DNA of 63,025 bases, filler included, from Nemertoderma westbladi (Eukaryota > Animalia > Xenacoelomorpha), in the NCBI GenBank assembly GCA_032718475.1. It is 3 parts of 3 records of this genome, joined end to end, with 100 filler letters (N's around TTAATTAATTAA, not from the genome) between each part and the next. Parts side by side here need not be neighbours in the genome. Positions count along the whole stretch, not along the records: positions 23,742 to 45,361 come from JAUCBJ010005032.1; 2 more parts are not named here. One strand, 5' to 3'. The translations under genes and the position numbers were made by a program. This document shows, in pieces, positions 23,742-36,874 of the stretch (its first letter is position 1; each line of letters starts with the position of its first letter). The notes under the pieces were generated by a model that was not told the origin of the DNA, did no database searches, and saw nothing but the letters and a program-made list of their open reading frames with translations.

Positions 23742-25124
23742 CGCAAGTCAATAGAACGGTTCAAAATTTATTTTAGGATTATGAGTATGCAACTGTAATT
23801 TGCATCAATGTCCCGCTGGAAGTGTCCCCCGCAATGAGGCTACGATGAAGGAACAATTTATATACAGTATACTACATTATTAACATGCTGCGTAGGACTA
23901 ATAATACCCCGACCAAGTAAGGAAAGAGTGTGTCCTTGAACTGTTTAAATTGACATCGGGTTGGGCCTAAAAATAACGGATCGCTGATTCTAATCACTTT
24001 TTAAATTTAAACCTTTTAAATATATTTTGCTATATTGAGAGGGATCTACCAGGGCCCCACTATTAATGTTATTGCTTGAAAACTCAGTATTTTAATATGG
24101 TTTTATTAGACAATATTATATTTTATGTTCTTCTCGTTTTTAATCAGTAAGTGCTGCTAGAGCCATCCAAAGCGCTTTTAATGCTATTTTAATTATGCAA
24201 ATTAAAAATTAATAATTAAACCGCAGGTGGAATCCGGACATGAAATGAAACGAAAGTGCCTAACTATAATCAATTTTAGGTGAACGAAGCCGCCCTCTTA
24301 TATCACCTATTTGAGTGGTATTTGTTTGATTAATGTTTAATTACAATTGATTAAATTATTTGTATAAGTAGGGGTTGAGGGGGGGGGGGGGGGGGGGGGA
24401 TTTGTGAAGGCGGCTAAGTTCTGTGTACAATATGAATTGGAATTGATGAGGATTTCAACAACCCCCCCCCCCCCCTCCCCATCTTGAATCTATTGTAGAA
24501 TAAAAAGGGCAACAGTAAGCATTGAAATAAGCTACTGCCAAGCCAATAGATCATAAAAATATAGGATGTGATGTATTTTGTCCACCGAAATTCTATGTCT
24601 AGAAAATAAATTTAATAAAAATAAAAGGGTTTCGGTGATTTAAACCGGGCATTTCAAGATTTATTGTTTACATTCGTATCATAATCCAACTACACTAACA
24701 CTACATCCGTGGCTGTCAAATAACGTCATAAACTGAATATAATTTAATTGATTAACTTTCTTCAGCTGACAGCCTCGACTTTAAAATTTTCCTGCACAAT
24801 ACCAGCGCTCTAATTCCGACCACTCGGTATATCTACTATTAAGGTGCGTCATTTCAACGCAGTCGTGATCTTCTGCTGCTCAATGACAGTCTTTCCTTGG
24901 CTCATGCTGCTCATGACACCTGATCCCTGGGTAGTTCGTAAACTAAACAATAATGTTATACAGGGTGAATAATGTTAGATAATATGTCACATCTCACACT
25001 GCTCTACAGTAATTTTTGCTCAACTCGTTGCCAAAACCCAGTTCTACCCTGCAATCCAACCTCTTAAAACATTACGACCACAGAAGCACTGCGAGGTACA
25101 TCTTGTTCGTGACACTATTCTATG

Positions 25125-25419
25125 TAGCGCTGCAAACCGAATCAAAATTTGACGAGTTTCTGTTTCAGTTCGAATAATCGAGTAGCAGTTCTAGTTTAAA
25201 AAAAATAGTTTCAGTTTTACAATTTGTATATAATATGCACTGTTTGTACTTTCACTTTAGATTAAAATCTTAGGATAGGCATTCAGTTCTAGTTCCACTT
25301 CCAGTATTCCAAAAATATCAAGTTTCAGTTAGTAGTTCCAGTTAAAAAAAAAAATGTTTAGTTCAGAAAAATTCCCGAAAATAATTTCAGTTCCAGTTTA
25401 TATTCTGTTAGCAGCACTA
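25125..25419. mobile_element. Degenerate hAT-like MITE with TTCAGTT repeats
   Basis: Ends TAGCGCTGC / GCAGCACTA; TSD not conserved. Confidence 0.45.
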
Positions 25420-25844
25420 ATTAATTCCATAGCAACCTCGTGGCATGTTGGCCAGGCAATAACGTTCCTTAATCAGCTGATCAAGCACCCTGAACTGGAG
25501 AACAACGCCGAACTTGGAACGAGAGAGGCTGACAGTGTGATTTGAGGAGATTGGTTTCTGGGTTTACCAGCATTGTAACACAGTGCGACCCATAATGATG
25601 TGTCATTCCGTCTAAACAAGGTGAATTAATCACACTGAAAAAACGAAACCTGTATTATTTAATGAAAAACCACCGGTTTGCCGAAGGAATCGCCGATTAA
25701 AATCCAGCCACTTTAATCGCCGATTCTTTCAGCAAACCGGTGGTTTCGAAAACCGGTGGTTAAGCCGAACCGGTGGTTTAGGGAAGTTATAAACTCTGGG
25801 TTTATTCTATATTTTCAACCATATCGAACGGGATTCACAAACTT

Positions 25845-26745
25845 AAAACCTGGTTTAGATGTATTTTAAACGGGGTTTCATTCACACAAAACCAGGGGTT
25901 CCTAAATATAAAACCTGGTTTTGATGTATTTTAAACGGGGTTTCATTCACACAAAACCAGGGGTTCCTAAATATAAAACCTGGTTTTGATGTATTTTAAA
26001 CGGGGTTTCAATCACACAAACCTGTTGTTCCTAAATATAAAACCTGGTTTATATGTATTTTAAACGGGGTTTCATTCACACAAAACCTGCGGTTCCTAAA
26101 TATAAAACCTGGTTTAGATGTATTTTAAACAGGGGTTCATTCACACAAAACCTGCGGTTCCTAAATATAAAACCTGGTTTAGATGTATTTTAAACAGGGG
26201 TTCATTCACACAAAACCTGCGGTTCCTAAATATAAAACCTGGTTTAGATGTATTTTAAACAGGGGTTCATTCACACAAAACCTGCGGTTCCTAAATATAA
26301 AACCTGGTTTAGATGTATTTTAAACAGGGGTTCATTCACACAAAACCTGCGGTTCCTAAATATAAAACCTGGTTTAGATGTATTTTAAACAGGGGTTCAT
26401 TCACACAAAACCTGCGGTTCCTAAATATAAAACCTGGTTTAGATGTATTTTAAACAGGGGTTCATTCACACAAAACCTGCGGTTCCTAAATATAAAACCT
26501 GGTTTAGATGTATTTTAAACAGGGGTTCATTCACACAAAACCTGCGGTTCCTAAATATAAAACCTGGTTAAGATGTATTTGTTTAGATGTATTTTAAACA
26601 GGGGTTCATTCACACAAAACCTGCGGTTCCTAAATATAAAACCTGGTTTAGATGTATTTGTTTAGATGTATTTTAAACAGGGGTTCATTCACACAAAACC
26701 TGTGGTTCCTAAATATAAAACCTGGTTTAGATTTGAAACAGGGTT
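25845..26745. repeat. 65-bp tandem array (~14 copies), left subterminal region of the CACTA element
   Basis: Unit AAAACCTGGTTTAGATGTATTTTAAACAGGGGTTCATTCACACAAAACCTGCGGTTCCTAAATAT. Confidence 0.95.
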
Positions 26746-26781
26746 TATTACATAATCTTACAAGAACACAAAACATACACC

Positions 26782-27367
26782 ATCTCCCTTAATACAACCA
26801 TTTTTAAAGGGTCGGAACCCCCCCCCCCCCCCCCCTAATTTTCAATCATATGCTACGAAATCTGGTATGATGGTAGTTCGACAATTTTTCTTACTGCTGG
26901 CCTGGCCGGATTTTTTAATTTATGAGCTATTTCGATACAACAGGAGGCCATTAAAAACGCCTTTTTAACAATATTTAACCATCTCTGTTGGCTTTATTTT
27001 TAATATTTTGAATGTAATCTAGATATTATGAGAACCGCCTTCATCTGCACATTCCAAATCTGAAAACCTTTTAAAATTTTAACAAAAAATGTCAAAGATA
27101 TTATCAAAATACTAAGGTGTAAATTTTGAGACTAAAATAAACCCAACAGGGATGGTTAAATTTAAATATTGCTAAAAAGGAGTTTTTTAACGGCTTGTTG
27201 TATCGAAATAGCTCATAAATTAAAAAATCAGGCAAGGCCAGCAGGAAGAAAAGTTGTGGAACTACCACCAAACATATGTAGCATATGATTGAAATTTGAA
27301 AAAAATAGGGGGATGTGGGGCTCCGAGTCTCCGACCCACTAAAAATGGTTGTTGTATTAAGGGAGAT
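26782..27367. mobile_element. Fold-back MITE with ~220-bp imperfect inverted arms
   Basis: ATCTCCCTTAATACAACCATTTTT ... AAAAATGGTTGTTGTATTAAGGGAGAT, with internal arm-to-arm complementarity. Confidence 0.8.
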
Positions 27368-27977
27368 ACATACAGCAGACACAGGGGGAAAATACATATA
27401 AAGTAAAACACACTAATCTAAAAGAAGATAAGGCATAGGAGGATACTCTAATAAATAAATCAGCCCTTTATTCAGTTTGTCTCCATTATGCAAAATTATC
27501 ATTCTATCATTAAACTTAAATTGATTTACATTTACTTAGTTAACTTTATAATATCATATCATTTCATATAACAGTAAAGGAAGGTGCAGCATGTTAGAAC
27601 TGTGGTGTGTGGGGCAGTGGGAAACATCTTAATATTTCATTTAAAACATGTCGTGTCTGTTCAACCAATAAGGTAGCTGAAAAATTTTGTGGTGTGGGGT
27701 AACTATTAAAAGTGGATTTGGAAGCTTTGTCCGGTCTGTGAGAATTCTGTTGACCAAGAACAGTTGCTTGAAAGTTTCACTAAACTCAAAACGAAAAGTG
27801 TTCATAGGGATAATCTTTTCATTCCGTCACAGTGATAGAGGGAAGCCATACTATGTTCCAAATAAATCCCTCTTCACATTTAGTCCCAGTTCCGCAGTTA
27901 TCCAACTGGAAATCAGTAAATATAACATTGCCCTGAAAAGGGCCGTTTGGGTTGGTGTAAGACGAGTCAGGGAAGTG

Positions 27978-28565
27978 TCAGGGTGTGGGATACCACACAC
28001 TGAGATGCGCGAGCAAGTTTGTAAGGGCAGTGGTCCCAGTTTTCACATAGGTCGTGCAACTCGCACCACATGCTGACATGAACTCGTCCAGGTGGCTGGG
28101 CAGCAAGGTGCTCTGGACGCTGCACATCGACTTAAATCGGCGCTTGCAGTTCTTCCAGTAGCACTCGACGTGGTTGGTGCAGGCGCCGGTAACTGGGTCG
28201 ACGAAGTTTTGGTCATGGATCACGACTTGGTGTGAGTACGCCATGTTCGGCATGGCACCGATCCCGTGCATGCTGCCCAACCATCGAAATGAATGATGGA
28301 ACCAGGCAGCCAGGCGCGATATAGTCTGATAGTTGCCTATAATTGGCAGCAACGTCAGAACGTATTTGCCTCAAGAGTCAAGATGCCCGTCGACCATCTT
28401 GAGGAAGAAGCCCTCCTGTTTGAGGCTGAGATGGGCAGATCAGCAGATCGTGCTGAATACCCCGCGTTCAGGCTGTCAGGCACCTCGTGGCCCACGTTCC
28501 TCTTCCCATCCACTTCGCTATTAGCGACTCGTCGACTTCGACGATAACGCCCGGTCCGTCGATAA
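27978..28565 (-). pseudogene. Merlin (IS1595/ISXO2-like) DDE transposase relic
   Basis: GPGVIVEVDESLIAK; frameshifted middle; HQVVIHDQNFVDPVTGACTNHVECYWKNCK and HLDEFM. Confidence 0.85.
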
Positions 28566-29169
28566 AATAGGGGTGGTGAATAATATGCCCTAACAGTGAC
28601 AATATACTGGCTGACTGGTAGGCCTATAACAATAGGCTACAAGGTACGGTACAGAGATACCGGTAGGCCTAATAAATAGTTCCCGGTATATATAGAAGTA
28701 TAGGTACTACAGCACAGCCTGCAGCCCTAGTCCTGGCCCTGGGGTCCTATTCCTGTACTCTGCTACTGCACTAAAGGCCTAAAACTAGTAAACCCAGGCG
28801 GCCAAAAAAATTGTACGGTGTGCAGTCTTAGTGCTCATGCTACAGTGCTGGTATCAGAGGCTATTGCAATAGGCAGATATGCACCGGTCCAATGCTGAAT
28901 GCAGAATGCAGAATGCGGCATTTAGCGATTTAGGTATGATACAAGTCAATAATACAGTAATATATAGCTGAATACATGAATACAGGAATAGGTCAGGTGC
29001 CAACCTGCAACCTGCTCCGACCATGATAGATCGCCCGGGAAATTCAAATGATTTGAATTAACCGCCAAAAATATATAAATTTGTGTCTTTATCATTTGAA
29101 TTTCCATGGCTATGGAGCGCATGGTAAACACCTTTTGGCTTTTAGGGACTTGTGCGGCATTATGGGTAA

Positions 29170-30250
29170 GAAGGTTTCAAATATTAACAAACCCCAGGTA
29201 TTATCGCATTAATTTATGACTAATTATTATTATAAAACCGGCATTTTGTTTGTTAAAAACCTCAATCATTATTGAATAAAAACCCAGGTTTATCAGTTAA
29301 CAAAGTGAAGGTTAAATGTATAAAAAAAAAATGCATGTTTTAATTTAACAAAAAAACCCTAGTTTCAAATATTATCAAACCCCAGATTTTCTCGTACAAA
29401 TTTGCGACTGTTATTATCATAAAACCGGCATTTTATTTGTTAAAAACCTCAATCTTTATTGAATAAAAACCCAGGTTTATCAGTTAACAAGATGAAGGTT
29501 AAATGTATACAAAATGCATGGTTTTAATTAACCAAAACCCCTGGTTCCCAATATTATCAAACCCCAGGTTTGCTCGTACAAATTTGCGACTGTTATTATC
29601 ATAAAACCGGCATTTTATTTGTTAAAAACCTCAATCTTTATTGAATAAAAACCCAGGTTTATCAGTTAACAAGATGAAGGTTAAATGTATACAAAATGCA
29701 TGGTTTTAATTAACCAAAACCCCTGGTTTCCAATATTATCAAACCCCAGGTTTTCTCGTACAAATTTGCGACTGTTATTATCATAAAACCGTCATTTTAT
29801 TTGTTAAAAACTCAATCTTTATTGAATAAAAACCCAGGTTTATCAGTTAACAAGATGAAGGTTAAATGTATACAAAATGCATGGTTTTAATTAACCAAAA
29901 CCCCTGGTTTCCAATATTATCAAACCCCAGGTTTGCTCGTACAAATTTGCGACTGTTATTATCATAAAACCGTCATTTTATTTGTTAAAAACTCAATCTT
30001 TATTGAATAAAAACCCAGGTTTATCAGTTAACAAGATGAAGGTTAAATGTATACAAAATGCATGGTTTTAATTAACCAAAACCCCTGGTTTCCAATATTA
30101 TCAAACCCCAGGTTTTCTCGTACAAATTTGCGACTGTTATTATCATAAAACCGACATTTTATTTGTTAAAAACCTCAATCTTTATTGATAAAAAACCCAG
30201 ATTTATCAGTCAACAAAATGAAGGGTTAATGTATAAAAAAAAACAGTGGT
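29170..30250. repeat. ~181-bp tandem array (~6 copies), right subterminal region of the CACTA element
   Basis: AAACCCAGGTTTATCAGTTAAC recurs roughly every 181-187 bp. Confidence 0.93.
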
Positions 30251-31010
30251 TTTCACAACCCACAACCCTACTTTCAAAGAATTTACAAACCCCAAGTTTT
30301 TAACAGTAATTAAAAATAGATTTATTCCCCAAAAACCCCGTTTTTGTTTCATTAATTATGTGTTTATTATGGGGTTAAACCCGGGTTTGTCACTAATTAG
30401 AAAACCATCATCAAATTATTTAAAACCGGTGGTTTTTTTTCTCATTAAAACTACGGTTTTTTGAGAAACCAGTAGTTTGATAAAAAAATATTAAAAGTTT
30501 TATAATTCTTTTAAAAGTAATTGTAATTAACCCTAATGTCAATACCACTCAAACTAATTATATAAATCGTTAATTTGAAACACTTATTCTTTTTTCGAAA
30601 TCGGAAGTTCCAAATTGAAAACCTATGTTATAATTTACAACCAAGGGTGAAAATCACAAATACAGGTTTGGTTTTTTCAGTGCAGTTTCCGGTAGACTAA
30701 AATCAATACACACAGTTGTCTATAAATCCAACGTCTTTCTTTATGTTGGAGTATACCGGTATATTATGCTCTAAATAAGAAAACGAGATTGTGGGATAAT
30801 CTATGGCGTGGTGAACCCACACACCAGTACTGCAATAAACTATGTGTGGGTGGGTATGTGAGGATTTATAAATTAAATTATTCATTTAAAACATCAATGG
30901 GAAGGGGCAGGTTACAGTGGCGGCAGGTTACAGCTAACCAAAACAATAAACTAAACTTCGTATGTTCGTGGCGTCATATATTGAATTGATGGACATTAAA
31001 CATTGACAAT

Positions 31011-31455
31011 TAGTGCCGAACACTGAAATAATTAAAGTTTTCGTCACAATTGTTCATCATTTCACCACCATAAATTATGTTGTGGATTTCTGTTTATTGA
31101 TTTTCATTTATTTTATTTCTATTTATTAACGTTAAATTTTGATTTTTTCATTGGCATCCCATCTAAAGTTTGAATTGCGAATATTAAATATTAAAAAAAA
31201 AATTTATATTTAAAGAAAATCAGTTCACCTACAGGCTACACCAATAATATCTTAATAATAGTTTGTTTTTAAAATTTCAATTATTTTGACACTTTTTTTT
31301 ATCAAGGTGTATCCTAATAAAAATGTTGAAAAAATTTAGTAAGAAGATGCCGTCGTAATTTCAGTTTCAGATAACCAAATTATTTTCAGTTTGGATTTCA
31401 GTTTCACATAGCTAAATAATTTCATATTTGATCGCGGTTTCAGCGTTCAGCACTA
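31011..31455. mobile_element. hAT-like MITE
   Basis: 18-bp TIR TAGTGC(C/T)GAAC(A/G)CTGAAA; TSD degraded. Confidence 0.55.
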
Positions 31456-31495
31456 CTGGACTACCGGTACTGGGTAGTAGCAGCGGTTTACTTAC

Positions 31496-34400
31496 CAGGT
31501 GAATCTCCGGTAGAACGCCCGCTCCAGCTGTCGGCCGCGACTAATGATACAACGCCTAGCAGACATAAGACCACGCCCACTACATGGGCCACACGGTACC
31601 GGTAGCGCAAAATAAAGTAGCTGAGAAGTAGAACAGTAGGAATTGTGGAACAATCCAAAACCTAAGAGACAAATAGCGTGACAAATAATTATAAATTTAT
31701 TATTTTCACAAAAATCCTTATTTTAAAATTTTGCAGGTAAATTACTAATACTCTCTTGGCAATTACATGTTATTATATGGCGGGGGGGGGGGGGAGGGGG
31801 GGGGGGCAATTCTCATTCGTTTACTTCTCATCCGACTCTATTTACCGCAGCCAACAGCGCTGGTCGTCTGGCATATTGCTGGCACGAGTATAACGATTAA
31901 TATATTTCCTAGTTTGAGGCATTCCATTAGTTACTTACTTGTATAGAGGTAATTGTGGTATAGGAATATGATTTAACAATTAAGTAATTGGCCTCTACGT
32001 CAACTAATGCGACTAATCCATATTTCCACCATCGCTTTTTCAAAACAGACCTGAAACAAAACAATAGTGTGGACGGCTAAAAAGCTAATTAATTAGCAGC
32101 AATGTCTTAGCAGCAATAATTGAAATTTCTAAATAAATATATAACTAACGGTATTACGATTATTAAATTTTAACACGATAACGTATTTGGCACTAAAAGT
32201 AAAGAAGTATTTAGTTTATTAATTACTAGCGGCATTTTTTTCTAAATATGTTAGTGAAATATATGAAAATCGCAATTTCTACATTTTTAAAGAATTTTAG
32301 AAATATTTTAAAAAATAAAAAGTTGAATTAGCAAATTTAAAAATATCACTTTTACTGTAAAATCAAAAAAAGCAAAGTCGACCGAGGCGGGGGGCGACTT
32401 TCTATAGCTACTACCCGAGTGTAGGGGTGGGCGCTACTCCTATCTGCTACCCGAAGGTAGGGGTGGGCGCTACTCCTATCTGCTACCCGAGTGTAGAGGT
32501 GGGCGCTACTCCTATCTGCTACCCGAGTGTAGGGGTGGGCGCTACTCCTATCTGCTACCCGAAGGTAGGGGTGGGCGCTACTCCTATCTGCTACCCGAGT
32601 GTAGGGGTGGGCGCTACTCCTATCTGCTACCCGAGTGTAGGGGTGGGCGCTACTCCTATCTGCTACCCGAGTGTAGGGGTGGGCGCTACTCCTATCTGCT
32701 ACCCGAGTGTAGGGGTGGGCGCTACTCCTATCTGCTACCCGAGTGTAGGGGTGGGCGCTACTCCTATCTTCTACCCGAAGGTGGGGGTGGGCGCTACTCC
32801 TATCTGCTACCCGAGGGTAGGGGTGGGCGCTACTCCTATCTTCTACCCGAAGGTGGGGGTGAGCGCTACTCCTATCTGCTACCCGAGGGTAGGGGTGGGC
32901 GCTACTCCTATCTGCTACCCGAAGGTAGGGGTGGGCGCTACTCCTATCTGCTACCCGAGTGTAGGGGTGGGCGCTACTCCTATCTGCTACCCGAGTGTAG
33001 GGGTGGGCGCTACTCCTATCTGCAACCCGAAGGTAGTGGTGGGTGCTACTCCTATCTGCTACCCGAGTGTAGGGGTGGGCGCTACTCCTATCTGCTACCC
33101 GAGTGTAGGGGTGGGCGCTACTCCTATCTGCTACCCGAAGGTAGGGGTGGGCGCTACTCCTACCTGCTACCCGAGGGTAGGGGTGGGCGCTACTCCTATC
33201 TGATACCCGAGGGTAGGGGTGGGCGCAACTCCTATTTGCTACCAGAAGGTAGGGGTGGGCGCTACTCCTATCTGCTACCCGAAGGTAGGGGTGGGCGCTA
33301 CTCCTATCTGCTACCCGAGTGTAGGGGTGGCCGCTTTTCCTATCTGCTAGCCGAAGGTAGGGGTGGGAGCTACTCCTATCTGCTACTCGATGGTAGGGGT
33401 GGGCGCTACTCCTATCTGCTACCCGAGTGTAGGGGTGGGCACTACTCCTATCCCTTGTTTTGCTCCCAGATATTTAACTTGTACTCATTTTATCGACCCC
33501 AGTGGATCAAAGGCTGAGTGGATCCTAGCGGATTTCGAACCTACAACCAGAGCTGTTTTTTTGAAAGGTTACTTGTTACTATGATTGGCCTGTCTCTGCC
33601 AACCGAACCACTGGCAGATGGACTAGGTTCACCTGACGATGATTTTTAAATATAAACAATTTTATGCAGAAAACAAGTAGAAATCATCAAGTAGACATCA
33701 GTCTAAAACACTTTCACTTTTCAAAAATCGCCCTTCTCATTTCTGGTTTTCTAAATATTTTCTTACCGTTTATAAATTGTTCACAGTTAACATTTTGAAA
33801 AATACGCCGAGGCTACCATTGTTACTTAATTTGTTAATAAAACACTTATTGAAGCCCCTTGGCGCGTCTAGGTCTTTTCGTGAGGAATTAAACCTGTTAA
33901 TATAATTATATAACTTAGTTATCCGCCAGTTTTAGTGAAGTTACATGTAATTTTAGCGGACGACAGCACGATTAGACGCTGGGCCTGGGACGCTACTGAT
34001 TGTCGCCCACCTCTACTAATAGTTGTTCACATTCGCTATGGTTCGGCTATATTTTCTCCCGCTCTGTTCACAAACTAACTCATCCCTACACTTTAGAAAA
34101 ATACAATATTATAGAAGGGATATTTATCCACACGATCCCCTTTCCATTGCCTTGATTTAAGACGATTTAAATTTAAAATAAATTATTCAACATAATAGAA
34201 CAATTAAAACCGGTACTGGTAGCACTAATTGTTATTATATTGTCAGGTACCGGTAAATATAAAAATATGAACCACCAAAACAAATTATATATATTTCTAT
34301 ATTAAATTAATGCGATATATCCCTTACCAAATATTATCATCTTCCTTACGTAAAGCCATCACTGAACCAAAGACAACCCCCAGCAGGACGTAGTTGAGGA

Positions 34401-36428
34401 AACTCTGCGCAGTAGGCGTGCTAATTCTGTATCGGTATTCTAGAAGGTGGCTAGTTACAGAAGTACCACAAATCAATAGGGAAAGAAGTTGCCCAAGAAT
34501 CAATGCCTTCCAAAAACCTCTGCAATAAACATAACTAGACTATATTATACAATATATATATATAATTAACCTGCTAGATTCAGCTGCATTTAGAATGATA
34601 TGCCCGTTTATCAACAAAAATGGGCCGCCACAACGCCCCATCACCCAATTTTGCAAATAATGATTTTTGGAATTTTTCATCTCACTCGATATTGGTAGCT
34701 CATAAAAAATAAATAAGATATATATGTGGTGGGGCTGGGGCTGTATTATACATAGTAATCGCGAGTTGTAAATTCTAAATGGAATCGAAAGTTACATCGA
34801 ACATACCGGTAGCAGTAATTATTTACATAGTACCGGTAATAGTATCAATCATAACAAAAAAAAACAATGTTACTTTGAATCTATAATATGAATTTTTGCA
34901 AGCAAGCTTATAGTGATTTATATTCGAATATGAGAATGTTACAGGTATTCGGCAGATCGGGAAATATATCTGTATTCGGTGCTGTTCAACTAGTTGAAAG
35001 TTCAACTAATTGAAAGTTCAACTAGTTGAAAGTTCAACTAGTGGAAAGTTCAACTAGTGGAAAGTTAAACTAGTGGAAAGTTCAACTAGTGGAAAGTTCA
35101 ACTAGTTGAAAGTTCAACTAGTTGAAAGTTCAACTAGTTGAAAGTTCAACTAATTGAAAGTTCAACTAGTGGAAAGTTCAACTAGTTGAAAGTTCAACTA
35201 GTTGAAAGTTCAACTAGTTGAAAGTTCAACTAGTTGAAAGTTCAACTAGTTGAAAGTTCAACTAGTTGAAAGTTCAACTAGTTGAAAGTTCAACTAGTTG
35301 AAAGTTCAACTAATTGAAAGTTCAACTAGTTGAAAGTTCAACTAGTTGAAAGTTCAACTAATTGAAAGTTCAACTAGTTGAAAGTTCTACTAGTTGAAAG
35401 TTCACCTAGTTGAAAGTTCTACTAGCTGAAAGTTCAAGTAGTTCAGTTGTCATTTGATGTTATTTAATTAAAGTGCTTTTATTTAACTTGTCACTGCAAA
35501 TATAGTTAGTTAACATGGTTTTGTAAAAAAAAAAAGACTTTCAACTAAACTCTAACTAAATTCCGAAAGATAAAAGCTGTCGAGTTTACAGGGTTTTCTA
35601 TGACACCTTGTACTTTGACTGTTCTGATTCTGAACCATCTCGTCAAGCAGTCGAGCTGCCGAGAGTCTCGACTGAATGCTCTCTAAATAATAACAAGTAA
35701 TAACACCCATTGTTAAGTTAACATAGTACTAATCATATGAAAAGACATACTCAATAGGCTATAGTTTGTGTGTTGCGTTACGACAATAACAACCGTTGAT
35801 GGTTTACCTGAAATATTAAACAATTTGGTATTTACAGATTTAGTTAAGTTTTAGTTGAATGTTCAATTATTATTTAAATCAAATAAATTAAATAACACAA
35901 CAAATTAGTTGAAATAATTAGTTAATTTGTCATTTATATTTATTTATTTGTGTTTAGAAAATTTGTCACTACAAAATTAGTTGAACAGAACTGTCTGTAT
36001 TATATATATAATACAATACACTGAAGCCTGAAAGGCAGACAGATTAATTTCTGGAGGTTGGCGCTGGGCTGTTGGAGCAATGCTGCAATGTGTAAACCTG
36101 CATCCAGTGTCCTTTAAGAGACGTCTTAAGAAAATAATGGACTGTCTAGTGTCTACCTTTCTTCTTTTCTACATGGCAGCATGAGGCTGTCAAAGCAGAA
36201 TATTGAGTACATGCTGGTCCTCATGGCGAAAGCAATCTCCTGCGAAGAGGAGGCAGAACCGTCCTATCAGCATACTCCAGTACTCCATACCATACTGGCA
36301 TATGCCTATGCATATGTAATAGTGAACACAACATTTTGAGAAATTACAAACCTTGTATGAAGCACTTTAACAATCCTGATTCCGGAATCTTTTACGTATT
36401 GGCGAAATGTAGGCCTATCCATATCCAT
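31496..36428 (-). CDS. SLC35F2: Solute carrier family 35 member F1/F2-like, first four coding exons only: 36428-36352, 34519-34328, 32050-31939, 31661-31496
   Basis: Spliced translation MDMDRPTF...[22 protein letters not shown]...[13 protein letters not shown]...[37 protein letters not shown]...; GT-AG sites in phase. Downstream exons not found; the F1 versus F2 orthology is unresolved. Confidence 0.85.
32366..33553 (-). mobile_element. tRNA-derived, RTE-related SINE with an internal 36-bp array (32410-33452, ~29 units), in SLC35F intron 2
   Basis: Minus strand: B-box-like GGTTCGAAATCC; central domain CCACTCAGCCTTTGATCCACTGGGGTCGATAAAATGAGTAC; GGAGTAGCGCCCACCCCTACAC units; tail GGTCGACTTTGCTTTTTT. 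Confidence 0.82.
34977..35993. mobile_element. Non-autonomous hAT element with a 16-bp palindromic tandem array (34986-35440), in SLC35F intron 1
   Basis: TIR C(G/A)GT(G/T)CTGTTCAACTA; perfect 8-bp TSD TCTGTATT (34969-34976, 35994-36001); unit TTCAACTAGTTGAAAG, ~28 copies. Confidence 0.9.
36100..36270 (-). mobile_element. Degenerate RTE LINE fragment (another at ~34565-34650)
   Basis: Nucleotide similarity to 21230-21370 (and 21105-21200 for the second piece). Confidence 0.6.
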
Positions 36429-36874
36429 TAAATTTTCAGCTTGTCAATGTCAAGTCATCATACTGTCATATACTGATATACTGACACACCCAGACACAGT
36501 GATATCTGGTTATACTGATATAGCGGTATCCACTAAGCATGAGCAGTCCAGTATAGGGTGTAGGCGTAGGGTAGGCAGTCAGTACTGCAGTATGCAGTAG
36601 GGATATGTAGGTAGGCCTTGAACAGTCCAGTATAGGGTGTAGGCGTAGGGTAGGAAGTATGGATAGGTAGGTAGGCCTATACTCGTGACTCGGGAACAAG
36701 TGAAAACGTACCCTAACAAAAACGTAGGCCCTACCCGAATAGCCGAATACTTGGTACGTTTTGGTAGTACAAAAATAAATAGCAAAAATAAACCTTAACC
36801 TGTGCTATTGACTCTCGTTTATTGTTTTGGTTAGATTACTGACTGACTCACCCTGTCACCTACCTGTACCTACT

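Larger units (their letters stand above)
25633..30682. mobile_element. Non-autonomous CACTA/EnSpm (CMC) element
   Basis: 24-bp TIR CACTGAAAAAAC(G/C)AAACCTGTATT; 2-bp TSD CA (25631-25632, 30683-30684); large subterminal arrays rich in AAACC(T/C)GGTTT-type motifs. Confidence 0.85.

Noticed and set aside
24780-25630. Exon-like GC-richer blocks as the missing SLC35F exons (also 30690-30830)
   Set aside because: Manual minus-strand translation gave no SLC35F similarity and frequent stops.
32427-33203. 258-aa [12 protein letters not shown] repeat protein
   Set aside because: Read-through of the 36-bp SINE-derived array.
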